From Negaprion brevirostris (lineage: Eukaryota): 64,000 nucleotides of DNA. Shown here one piece after another: positions 25,177 through 36,830 of the stretch. Location: NCBI GenBank assembly GCA_030324005.1, contig JARDVH010000163.1, positions 90,701,012 to 90,765,011 on the forward strand, read 5' to 3'. The number at the start of each line of letters is the position of its first letter. Within the stretch, counting starts at the first letter, position 1. The translations under genes were made by a program, and so were the position numbers. The notes under the pieces are model-generated. The model saw only the letters and a list, made by a program, of their open reading frames with translations, had not been told where the DNA came from and did no database searches.

Positions 25177-25588
25177 TCAGTATCAAACTTCAAAGGAAAA
25201 ACCATATAATTGTGCAAAGATAGGTGAAAGATCAGAAGATCTGGACAGAATATAAGGAACAGCAAATGATGACTAAAAGATTAATAAGGAGGGAAAAATT
25301 AGAACAAGAGAAAAAGTGAGCCAGAAATATAAAAATAGATATTAAGAGTTTCTATGGATTTTTAAAAAGGAAAGCAGGAAACGAAGTGAGTATTCGTGCT
25401 ATAGAAAGTGAATGTGGAGAATTGGTAATGAAAAACAATCAGAGCAGGTGAGTGGAACAGATATTTTGCATCCGTCTTCACTATAGAGGATACAAGTCAT
25501 ATCACAGAAGCAGCATCTATCAGGAAATGGAAGGGAAGGAAGAATTCAGGGAACTTAGAATCACCACAGAAGTAGTACTGAGCAAATT

Positions 25589-25845
25589 GGGCAGCATGGT
25601 GGCACAGTGTCAAGGACCCTGGTTCGATTCTCGGCTTGGATCACTATCTGTGCGGAGTTTGCTCATTCTCCCTGTGTCTAATTGAGTGTGCAGGTGCTCC
25701 GGTTTCCTCCCACAGTCTGAAAGATGTGCTGTTTAGGTGCATTGACTCAAACAGGTGCTGGAACATGGCAACTAAGGGAATTTCACAGTAACTTCATTGC
25801 AGTGTTAATGTAAGTCTTACTTGTGACTAATTAATTAATTGTAAG
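25589..25845 (+). mobile_element. HE1/V-type SINE, tail type B
   Basis: HE1 head and V-domain, then aacaggtgctgg..ggcaactaagggaatttcacagtaacttcattgcagtgttaatgtaag..acttgtgactaa. Confidence 0.85.
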
Positions 25846-28800
25846 TTGTTCAGGATACAAGCTGAGAAGTACTTGGCTCCTGATGGACTTCATTGTAGAA
25901 TCTTAAAAGAAGTGATTAATGCAATAGTTGATGCATTGGTTTTAGTTTTCCAAAACTCCCTAGATTCAGGGAACATCCCATTAGATCAGAAGGTAGCAAA
26001 TGTAACTCCAGTTTTCATAAAGGAAAGTCAGAAAGTGGGAAACTGTAGGCCAGTTAGCTTAATATAATTGGGAAAATGTCAGAAGCTGTTATCGAAGAAA
26101 CAGGGCACTGGGTTAAGTTCAAGGTAGCCATGCAGAAACAACATGGCTTTGTGAAAATGAAATCATGTATAACCAGCTGATTGGAGTTTTTTGAGGAAGT
26201 AACATACACTGTGGATCATGGGGAACTGGTGGGTGTACTGTCCTTAGATTTCTAGAAAGCATTTGATGAAGTGCCACTTCAAAGGTTATTGCAGAAAATA
26301 AAAGCTCATGGTGTAGTGGATAATATCGAAGGTTATGCTTCACTTACACAAAGCACTGGTGAGATCACATCTGGACTACTGTGTGCAGTATCGGTTACCT
26401 TATTTAGGGAAGGATGTGAATGCATTGGAAGCACTTCAAAGAAGGTTTCTTGAACTAATATCTTGAATGGGCATGTTGTCTTATGAGAAAATGACAATTG
26501 CAATATTTCCTTCAAAGCCTGAGGGGCTCAGAACTGAACACAATAATCCAGATGGAGATCTGACCAATTCTGTATATAATTGAAATGTAACCTTCTCTCT
26601 AATCCAGATCTTTGTAATATACATTTCAATATATGTGCAAGAGTTTAAAAAGAGTTTGGTATTTTCTAATTGGAAAACAAAGTAGAGTCTGGCAAAATAA
26701 CTTAGTGATGTCCATTCACAATGCTCCACAGGCAGGCACTGATTTAGAAAGAGGATTGAACAGCATCGCTTGCTACTCTTCCAGCAATTAGTCTCCTTAT
26801 TGTTTATATTGTATCCATCGACTGGGAAATAAATCATCATTTGAAAGTATTATTTTAAAAATATACTACTTTAATCAGTTACTGGAAACTGTCATGCTCA
26901 GTGCACAGTAATTACACTGCACTGGTTAGACTGGCTCCAGAGACAGACTACAGTGAACATTTATGAGATTCCAGATCATAACATGTCTTTTTAGTGTAAG
27001 AGATACGATTTTAAAACAATAAGGTGCTGGCACGCTGTATCGAAGCACCTCTTCTAATTAGCCTACCGCTATGAGACACATCAGGATTTAGCACTAAAAG
27101 CTGAAACATCTGCCACAGAAATCATCAGCCTAATTAACTATAGACAATGCCATTTGTTAAAAAAAGCTTGTGAAATTTGGGTTGTTTTTAGAAAAAACTA
27201 CTTAATTTTGGAATGTCTCGATTTCTGACTGAGTGCCCTGCAGTTTTACTTCATCGGTTGGTAATAAGGAACTTTGACACAAAAATTAATTGGTTCATCC
27301 TGTGTTTGTTCTCTTGATATTTATTTGGCATTCTCAGTGGTTAACGTACTATACCTGGAGCCGGGAGTAAATCTTTGTATATTTCCTTCCCATGTGCATG
27401 CTATCATCCCGCCTCCTCCAAGACAGCAATTCAGAACTATGAAAATAAGGCCAACTGTTAGGTTCATTGTGATTTCCAATGGCCTTTTCTAAAATCCTTT
27501 GCAAAACAAGTACAGAAAGGTGATCAGATTTATAAACTCACTGCTCAGAATCTAATTTATCCCCTTTTCATGACCTGAGCAGGCATGTAGTGCTTGGTTG
27601 TCCTTGGGGGGACAGGTAGATGATTTGCTGGGAGGTTTATTCTTTATTGCATTGTCTTTACCTCTGCATATTCCCAGTGAAGTCTCTTCATGTGTTTGGT
27701 GGTCTCCCAAATTATCCAGCTAGTTTTCGGTGAGTAATTCCTCAATACCGGCTCAGGAGAGAAATTACTGTTAGACTGCCATTCTTGCCGCTTGATTTGG
27801 ACAATCTTGTGAAGACACTACATAATACAGATTAGAATGGAACCATTGGTGGGGTCTGTGTTCCATTTCAACTGCTGGCATTCAAAATTAGCGAAGTGCA
27901 CAATTGGGTTGCATCAGTTTTACTTATTTCAGTATATGTTTGGTGTGAAAGAGAACTTATCAATTATTTTGTGAATAAGATTCCCAGTAATAGTTGAAGA
28001 CAGTGCCACATGCAGGATGGGATGGGAGTAGCAGACCAGAGTTGAAAAAGTTAAGGTGCATGATGTGTCACAGTGTCATTGATTATTGTAAAGGTTTGNN
28101 NNNNNNNNATTTACGTAGGAAATACAGGGAGAAATATGCTATTGGCCCAAGTAGTCCTAGCTGGTGTTTGTTCTCCACTTGCCTTCGCCAGTCTTTCCTC
28201 ATCTAACTCAGTCTGCATAATGTTCCATTCTCTTCTCCCTTCACACGCTTATTTGACCTTCCTCTTGACTGCATCTGTGCTATTCAGTTCAGCCACTCGC
28301 TGTGATACTGAGTTCCACATTCCCACCATCCTCTGAGTGAAAAAGTTTCTTCTGAATGTAAATATTTTAAAATTAAGATCAATTGACAACTGGTGGTGCC
28401 ATGGATATCGGGAGGTCCACTCATTGAATAGTTACTTGTGAACATATATAAAGAGAAACTTACTGACACTGGTAGCAGATTGGAGAGTTAAGAGCTATAC
28501 ATTTGGATTGTCTCACTCTCTGAATAAACCTAAAAATGAATAAAAATTGACTTCTGGTCTCTTTCAACAACTGGCTGTAAGATACATATTATGGTAACAG
28601 AGGATAGTTTCTTAAAGGTAAAGCTTGGAAATGAAGAACAAAAAATTAAGGAAGGCACAATCTGAAGAGCCTTAGTGAAGAAAGTGTAAATTGTCAGGGT
28701 AAGATTACCCATCTGAACCTTATGATCAGTGAAAGATTGAAGTTGACATGTAAATATGGGTTTTGGACAAGGGAAGCAAGAAGAAGCATGATATGACCTT

Positions 28801-29572
28801 GGTGTTGACAGTTCCTAACAAAAGTAAAATCAGAATCAAAGGTCAGCATTTTACCTTGCAAGGAAGCATTGAAACTGTGAGAAAAGGTGTCAGACAAGGG
28901 TTCCAATTTTGTCACGTACTTGTGTAATATTTCAGTAGGCTGGCATGCACGAGAGTCAGAAATGCACCCACTGATGATCAAGCAGACAATTTAGCCCACT
29001 GAGGAGCCAGTTGAACTCAATTTTATATGACCTGTCTACTTTGGTATTTATCAGGCCAGTTAGCCTAGGGTCTTTTATGTTTTAGCTGCAACCTGGATCC
29101 AGGGTGAGATGAGCAGTTAGAGTTGAAATAAAATTAACATATGCATCTGGGGACTGAGTTCTATGCATGATTGTGCTGCCTAAACACAAGTGACAGTTTT
29201 TTAACATCAGTGTTTAGTTTTCATGGGTCAGCAGCTCCTTGAGACAGCACTTCTTCACTGTCATTACTTTCCAGGTGAATTATTTTAAGTCATTTCACCT
29301 GTCTTTTCTTCATTCACCTTTAGCTGAACTTTCCCACTGCCAGCCTTCCTCACAGCAAGGGAGCAGCTGATGCATCCAGTTTGTGCTTCTGATAAAAATC
29401 AGGAGAAGAAGTAACAGTGGCAGCAGTAGGAGCAACATCAGAATCAAGGGATCGCTCGTTCTAAGTTGCATGTTACTCCACAGGGCAGAGAGGATGAACG
29501 TGGAGATTCAGATCCAAGGAAGCGACATATCCAACACGGTCTTTAAGCAAAGGATCAGTTCTTGTAACGTGT

Positions 29573-29700
29573 GTGTATGAGTGCCATTGCTTCAGGAAGC
29601 TCAAGCTTTCACAGCAAGTCTTTGCTGACATCAGCAGCCTCTTGGAACAATGTTTCCTTCCCAATGGACCAGGCAAACAAGTATCGTTAGTGGTCATTGA
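29573..29700 (+). pseudogene. Harbinger transposase N-terminal relic
   Basis: YECHCFRKLKLSQQVFADISSLLEQCFLPNGPGKQVSLVVI resembles HARBI1-type E.QC.RRLRLSR.VV.DIC.LL..DLLP.GPGG..LPV.VK. Confidence 0.7.
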
Positions 29701-30736
29701 GCTGGGTCACACTAGAGGGCCACCCCATCTGGTTCTTTGCCTTTCCCCGAAGTTCTACGCTCGCTTCTCTGTAAGGGAATATGGCAAAGAGGTGTGAGTG
29801 ATAGTTGTGGCTTGGATGGATAGGAGGAAAGGCAGTATTTAAAGAGAGTGACTCTAGCAGTTGGGTGTGAAATGGCAATGGGATGTGTACAGCATCTCAC
29901 CTTCCAGCTAGGTATGTTACAACCTTATGGTCTCAACATTGAATTTATCAACTTCAGATGATTAGTGCTACTCCACCTCAACCCTTTTGTTTTCATTTTA
30001 CTTAATTTTTAACTGTTCTCTACTTTGTATTTCTTTATTGTCTTACTTTATTTTTCTTCCCTCTCCCTCCCCACTCTTTCCCTCTATTTTATCCCTTTCC
30101 TTACCTTTTCTCCCCTTTTGCTTCTCCTTCTCCCTTTTTCTCAATTGTATCTCTCTCCCATTCATCTCCCCCCTCTCCCCACATCTTCATCTGTCATAGC
30201 TTGCTCTCTGATTTCAGCTTCTCTGCTGTTTGGCCATTTACGTCTTCTATTCTCTCTTTGGACTGCCATTAGCAGCCTTTCCCCTTGTTTCCTTGGCTAT
30301 GACTCATTTTCCATCCCCTCACTCTATAGTATAAATATCTTCCACTTTCCATGCCTTTTAGCTTTGACAAAGGGTCATCTGGACTCAAAACGTCAGATCT
30401 TTTCTCTCCTTCCAGATGCTGCCAGACCTGCTGAGATTTTCCAGCATTTTCTTGTTTTGTGTATGTGTCTGCACATGCACTGCTGTTTTTCCAAGGAATG
30501 CTGGTGAAGTGAGGGTGCTGAGTTTGACACTGAAAGTGTTGTGCTACTCTCCTTAACTGTCCTTTCAGGTTAAGGGGACTACAGAAGGGAGTATGGATGC
30601 TGTCTGCCTGAGCCTTGTCAACCACTTGGCTAGAGAGAGTTTCTGCTTCCTTGGGATAGATAACCTCACTGCAGTCCCGCAGAACCTCCGTTAAGAGTCC
30701 TGGAGCAGTCTTCCTAGATCTTCTCTGCATTCCCAT
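29701..30736 (-). pseudogene. Myb/SANT-like (MSANTD-type) Harbinger partner gene relic, two exons
   Basis: Exon 1 (~30736-30552) MGMQRRSRKTAP..LTEVLRDCSEVIYPKE..SSQVVDKA ends at decayed donor AAG|gagagt. Exon 2 after ccttacag| (~29768) reads KRA*NFGERQRTRWGGP (consensus EKRA.N.RER..TGGGP). Confidence 0.6.
29890..30460 (+). mobile_element. Penelope-like element 3' end plus pLTR
   Basis: QHLTFQLGMLQPYGLNIEFINFR* (GIY-YIG C-terminus), a pyrimidine-rich UTR, then a hammerhead-like core and agatgctgccagacctgctgagattttccagcattt. Confidence 0.85.
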
Positions 30737-30999
30737 TGTTTCTACAGCCTCAAAAATGCATGTTCCAGTGAGCCATTCTGATCCCCCCTCCTGAAACTCC
30801 ATTAATTCAAAATACTTCCTTTGACAGATCTGATGCATTATCCTGCCCACTGTATGAATGGCTGCAGAATCTGCGAGGGGGATGCTCATGCCATGGCTCA
30901 GTTAAGGAGTGTCAGAAAAACTCACTAAAGCTGACAAAATGTTCTGACCCACTATATAGGTTCTGTTGTATCAGCAAGATCCATCAGTTTTAAATTCTT

Positions 31000-31200
31000 C
31001 TCACTCTTTCTGCATCTAAAAAAAATACATTACACCACCTGTCAACTTGCATCCTTGAACAGAAAAGAGACCCAACCTGTTCATCCTTTCCTGATAATCA
31101 CACATTGCATTTCTAATAACCTCCTTGTGAATCTTCTTTTGGACTCTTTCTAATTTCTCTCCATCTTTTATAATCTGGTAACCAGAATTGTACATGTTAA
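31000..31200 (-). mobile_element. CR1 fragment
   Basis: KDGEKLERVQKK..DYQERMNRLGLFS. Confidence 0.75.
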
Positions 31201-31244
31201 CATCACTTTTATTCATGTGTATTCACCCTTTAAAACAATTAAAA

Positions 31245-31470
31245 GGGTGGATTTCATGTGCCCTCAGTGGATGTGTTTTTTTGCAGAAGGGGCCATGCAA
31301 AATAGGATGGGGTGCCACCCCCCCCAACAAACTTCCCACTCACTCCCATAACACTGAAAGTGGGTAGACTGCTGCTTTTGGTCCCCATCCACCATATTTA
31401 AATGCATAATCAAGGATTAATTGAGCTTTTTAAGCCAATTGACCTCGCTAATACACTGCCAATGCCATCA
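31245..31470. mobile_element. Harbinger-type MITE arm
   Basis: Starts gggtggatttcatg; GC-rich subterminal motifs like other MITEs in the window. Confidence 0.4.
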
Positions 31471-34400
31471 TCTGTTTTTTTTAAATAAACTTGAATTGTC
31501 ACAGAGATAACTGGAGTGTTCTGTGACATAATTGCATCCTATCCCAATGGTGACGGCTGCAATTGGCCTGCTGAAGAGTTTTATCATTTTACTGATTTTT
31601 TTTACCACAAATTGAAAGATAGAAGATGCATTTGTCACAGTGCATCCAATATGTATGAAAATATGCTGCTGGGGCGAAAACCTGAGTCAAGCTTCCAGAC
31701 AACGAAGCAACAAACCTTGTTCATATTAAATCAGAATTTGACTTTGGCCTCTTTTAAGGACAGATGTNNNNNNNNNNNNNNNNNNNNNNNNNNNNNNNNN
31801 NNNNNNNNNNNNNNNNNNNNNNNNNNNNNNNNNNNNNNNNNNNNNNNNNNNNNNNNNNNNNNNNNNNGATGTTGGCCTCTTTTAAGGTAGAATTTGACTT
31901 TGGAGGCCGTATGATTCGGGAGGAGTAAACTGTATTATCTTGCTCATCAAGGACAAGGATGCATTTTCTGAAACTATACAATGAAGGATTGGGCATTTGA
32001 CACCCATGGCAGAAAAGCTACCTGGGGGTTCATAATTTGTGCTCACGAATCTTTTTTTTGTTTTTAGTCTGCACATCCTGCTGCTTTTTGCTGAGTGTAT
32101 TCAAAGGCAATTTTTTTTGAGTGTACATGCACATGTATAAAATGCATTCCATTTATTATCTATTTAGTCACAATTCGTAAAATGTTTCCTCGTTTGATGG
32201 TGACATATTTCTACGAGCATTATCAAAACATGGATTTATTATTATCTGGTGATGAGATCATCCCTCTGGAGCAAACAATGAAGATGTCAGTAAAAAGAAA
32301 ACATTTATTTAGAAACCTGTCTTACCATGCAGAAATTAAAGTTATGTGAATGAGATACTACAGTAATGCTATTAAGTATGATGTTAAGCAAATTTTGTGT
32401 ACAGCCTCAAGCCACCCTTGAAAATGAATAGTTAAGTTGAACTTTGTAATATCCTGGCCTGGCACTGTGTCCCACAGATTATTATAAACATAANNNNNNN
32501 NNNNNNNNNNNNNNNNNNNNNNNNNNNNNNNNNNNNNNNNNNNNNNNNNNNACATTTAGTGTTTTCTACAGAAATAAACGGAGACTCTAATGACTTAATT
32601 ATGAAAACACTGTGCAAGTTGGAAGGCTCAAGTTTGTATCTGCTTGTCATCAGCATCACCATGAAAACCATTTCTAAAAACAGGCAAAAGAGGTTATAAA
32701 TGTTTAAAATTAAAACATCTGTGTCAATTTGCATCTCATTGTTTATTAACTACCTGTTCAGATTATTATATTCAGCTGCCCCCACCTCTCAATTCTGGAT
32801 CAAAGTGCAAACACACATTGGAGAAAGATTTATTTTACTTTTTTGATAACTGCTAAATTGTTAATGGATTTAATTGGATGAAGAGGTAAAACTTTTCCTG
32901 CTGGTTGTAAAATCAACATTTAAAAGTTCATCAATTTAAAAGAATAATGAAGAGAATGAGAGAAGACATTAGGTGTCAGTGGTGCATGAAGGAAAATTTG
33001 AAGAAGTAATCATCATTCTTTGAGGAAAGTATAGTCCAGGAGGACACCACTGTCCTTGTTTCAGCCTCTCGGTTTTAGTTCAGTCAAGGAGACAATGAGT
33101 TTGGCTTCTTCATAAACTACCTTTATTTCTTTAATCCAACTCCACATACAATTCTCCACAGCACCCAGTGCTACCTGTGGCCCTTGATATATCAATGACA
33201 TCTATTGAACAATTGACAGCAAATTAGAACTCAATGGGAAGACCTTTTAACCCATTCCTAACAGTACTCAGCCAGGCCTCCAAACTTGAAAAGAGACCAA
33301 CATTGCGACAGACCAAATAGGAGAGAAGTGTGGGGGAAGGATGACAGACACACGGGGCAAACAGATAGGAAGGCATCAGGCATGGGTTTTACACAGTCAT
33401 GGAGGGGAAAGGGATAGAAAAGCTTTAGAAAGGGATAGGGGATTTGGTGGATACACGTAGGAAGGTGTTGTGGTGGGGGCAAGGGCAGACACAATGGCAG
33501 TCAAGCAGAGGGAAGACAAAAGAGTTGGAAGCTGGAGCCCGAAAAGAGGAACTGAAATGCAGATAGACAAGGAGGGGAACGGGGGTGGATGTCTGCATTT
33601 CCAGAATAGGAAGGGTTGTGTTTCGAAGTATGGTGCAAGAGGTATAGGTTGCACAGAGATTGATGAAAGGGGGATTGTTAAAGGAGACCTTGTTGCACTG
33701 TCATGGAGGCACTGGGGAATTCACTGAAAGTCAGATTCCTCAGTCTGAGGCCAACAGGTAGGAGTGAGAGAGTGGTCAGTCCTGGCATGCACCATGCCTT
33801 GCTGCAGGGTTATGCACAGAACACACATTGTGCTCCCAGGAAAAGGCAAGCCTGTGTGCTCAACTGCCATAAGGCACCGTTTGCTGTGTAGGGTGCGGTC
33901 ATGAGCTTGTCTGATTCTGCACTGGGCTGCAGATGAGATAGTCATGGTTAGGAAAGGCATCTGCAGCCTCTGGATGGGGAGAACATGATAAGAGAGGAAT
34001 ATCTGGAGCTCTCTTGGGGAGGTGGGCTCCCCTGAGGATGACTGTGCACACAGCCTCAAGATGGGGAAGGGTGAGATCAACATGGAGCATGGATGCACCA
34101 ATGATGATGGGCTCAGTGGGGCGAGGTTGAAATATTGACTGCAATGACAATGGGATCCAGCATTACTGGGGCAGGTTGGAAAATAACAGGAGGGAGCTCT
34201 ACATCTGTACATCAAGTTCCAGGTAAACTGGAAGAACCTGAACACTGACAGGCAGAGGGCCAAAGTTGGTCTCAGAATTTAATGAAGAACCACTATCTTG
34301 AATACGTGAAGTAATAGGTCAGTTTGAAATCATGGGCAAGGTCAAAGGCAGTATAGGAAAAGCAGACAGCTTGACTCATGGGCTCTTTCAGGGGACATGC

Positions 34401-35119
34401 TCAAGCTTAGAGTCAAAAAAACTGAAATTGAGTCAAAACTCAATTTGTGAGGAAATAGGAAAACTTCCTTGAGAAGAATGTCATTGGAGCCAATGTCTTT
34501 ATCTGTGCAGCAACAGGAGGCTGCAGGAATCATTGGCTTCACATTACGGTCATTTCCTTTTAACATTAACACACATGGAAATGCAGGCACAGTCGCTGCA
34601 TACATGGCTGATCATCAATGAAAAATTCTCACGTGCTTTCTTCAATTGACATTCATAATGAGCCAAAGGACATCCAGTCATAATCAGGTGCATGTTAACT
34701 TTAATCAGTATGCCAGATCTGAAATTGGAGGACTGAGTTAATTCAAACCTTCACCAACCATTGTGGGTTTGAGATCTTAAATCTCAGGGATGGCATCTTG
34801 GTTACTTTAATCTGTGTGCTTGCAATTATGATGCAAGGCTGCATCAGTGACAAGACCTGTAGGGCTGACGCTGCCCAGGATCATTACATATTCCCATTTG
34901 TGAATAGGAGCTTAACTGCTATTCTTCATTATTTATTCATTATCAATTATTTATCAGCTCACAGAGAGGAGAAAACTATACTGCCTTCTGAGGGTTCTCA
35001 AAGAATAGATGAGAAGAATGGACAGGCTTGCGCAGTGCAGTTTTTGAAGGAGGCCCTGCCTAATGACCAGGTTCCAGGGAAGCCCCAGCAACAATATAAG
35101 GATCAGGAACACAGACCCG

Positions 35120-36108
35120 ACCATGGAGGCAACTCACTCAACCAAGATTCTACTGAAGAAAACTCTCCTATCTGCAGATGAGAGACAGAGTAACACACAC
35201 TTCTCTGTTTGTACAGAGTTCTGGTGGATTACATTCACAACATTGTTCAGGAGGAACAAATGCTCCATGGAGTGGAAGGTCAATCCCTGAAGGTCAGTGC
35301 TGCGCTCAGTTTGATTGCCTGTGGATCATTCCAGGGATTCACAAGGGATTTGTGTGGTATCTCTCGGCCTGTCACACATAAATGTATCAATGAGGTGACA
35401 GATGACTTCTCCAGCAAGGCTCATCAATATGTGAGTTCACACTTGATGAAGATAGCCAGGTTGCTCAAATTCATCAGTTTGTAGCCATCTCGGATTTCTC
35501 TCGCGTGCAGAGGACAATCGGCTGCACCAAAGTGGCTTTTGAGTTCTGTGGCAGAGCCTCTAAAGTTTATCAACCATAACAAGCTTCACTTTATCAATAT
35601 TCAACTAGTCTGTAATCATCAGGAGCATATAAGGTTCCAAGTACCCTAGGGGTTGCCATGGCTCATACATCTTGAGTCACTCCAATGCCACACATTTGCC
35701 TCTGCGTGGCTGTATGGGAATAAGGAGTACATGCACAAGTAATGGCTCAGAGCACCTGTGCGTCATCCTCAGAATGCCTCGATGCAATTCATCGTTCCAC
35801 ACAATTGATAATCAAGCAGACCATTGGCATCCTGAAGATGTGATTCCAAGGTTTAGACCACTTGGGTGGAGCTCTGCAGAGAGAGTCCCCCAACTAACCA
35901 TTTTCCTTTGCATCTTTCACACCTGGCACTGCAAAGGGGTTAATCCCTTGCCAGAGAGAAGAAAATGGAGGAAGATGAGAGCTCCTTGGAGGATGAAGAG
36001 CAGGAGGGTCAGCAACCTGATGAGGGTGAGCTTCCAGATGAAGATGTCATCAAGGAAGCATGGCGTGGAAGATGTACCAGTGCCAGTTTAATTGTTACCA
36101 GATTCTAA
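35120..36108 (+). pseudogene. Nearly complete but disrupted PIF/Harbinger (HARBI1-like) DDE transposase
   Basis: RKLSYLQM..; KVSAALSLIACGSFQGFTRDLCGISRPVTHKCINEVTD; GFSRVQRTIGCTKVAL; NIQLVCNH; GCHGSYIL; WLYGNKEY; IIKQTIGILKM*FQGLDHLGGALQ; acidic tail; LIVTRF*. Confidence 0.9.
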
Positions 36109-36284
36109 GAGGAATAAGGTGAAGGCATAAGGAGGTGGCCACATTCCTCGTTTCTCTGAATGCCATGCTATTGCACTGAAAGGGAACCACAGCTAGTCAT
36201 TGGGATTTGCACTTCAAACCTCATGATTTACCAGGCCTTAATCTCTGAAAAAGTCAGCAGTGCACCCTGCATGCACTCACTCCA

Positions 36285-36550
36285 GGAAGTGTACTTTCTT
36301 CGCTCAGGAAAAAGATACATAAGTCTGAGGTCAAATATCAACCAACTCAAGCACAGCTCCTTCCCTGCTGCTGTCAAGACTTTTGAATGGACCTACTTCA
36401 CATTAAGTTGATCTTTCCTTAACTATGTCTGGAATGCTATATTCTGCACCCTCTCCTTTCCTTCTCTATGTATGCTTTATCTGTATAGCATGCAAGACAC
36501 AATACATTTTACCTTACAGTAATACAAGTCACAATAAATCAAATCAAATG
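36285..36550 (+). mobile_element. Rex1/Babar-type LINE 3' end
   Basis: FLRSGKRYISLRSNINQLKHSSFPAAV followed by tail cacaataaatcaaatcaaat. Confidence 0.78.
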
Positions 36551-36758
36551 TGAAAGTTGACAACAGTGAGAATGCTGCATCAAGAACTTGATGCAGTCTT
36601 GGCCATGTTAATGGAAAACTATGAGATGACTGCAGGGTTGGCAACATCATCATCTTGGNNNNNNNNNNNNNNNNNNNNNNNNNNNNNNNNNNNNNNNNNN
36701 NNNNNNNNNNNNNNNNNNNNNNNNNNNNNNNNNNNNNNNNNNNNNNNNNNNNNNNNNN

Positions 36759-36830
36759 ATTGAATGGCGGGGCAGGCTCGAGGGGCTAGATGGCCTACTC
36801 CTGCTCCTATTTCTTATGTTCTTATGTTCT
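36759..36830 (+). mobile_element. Young CR1 tail emerging from a gap
   Basis: Near-identical to 17380-17450 and 41087-41160. Confidence 0.85.

Larger units (their letters stand above)
21430..26495 (+). mobile_element. Near full-span decayed CR1 (5' UTR, ORF1 Zn-finger/zipper and esterase, ORF2) hosting four nested insertions
   Basis: ORF1 AGQVMCCSCRMWKLLDADVI (21745-21808) resumes SKYICSKSLLLLELQFRVIELEAKL (~23930). GDS-like VVIVRDGLVRG at ~24275. ORF2 PDGLHCRILKEV..KVANVTPVFIK..NCRPVSL and LDF*KAFDEVP. Confidence 0.8.
28841..30950. mobile_element. Internally deleted PIF/Harbinger transposon with convergent transposase (+) and Myb/SANT (-) relics
   Basis: Imperfect TIRs ggtcagcatttt (28841) and aaaatgttctgaccc (30936-30950) enclose the two coding relics listed below. 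Confidence 0.65.

Noticed and set aside
29987-30507. Hydrophobic 70-160 aa ORFs that look like membrane proteins
   Set aside because: Translation of the pyrimidine-rich Penelope UTR; low complexity.
33721-34263. 180-aa minus-strand ORF
   Set aside because: No recognisable domain or convincing splice context; lies in GC-rich, probably transposon-derived DNA.
35120-36108. Functional domesticated HARBI1 gene
   Set aside because: Multiple stops, frameshifts and substituted catalytic residues.
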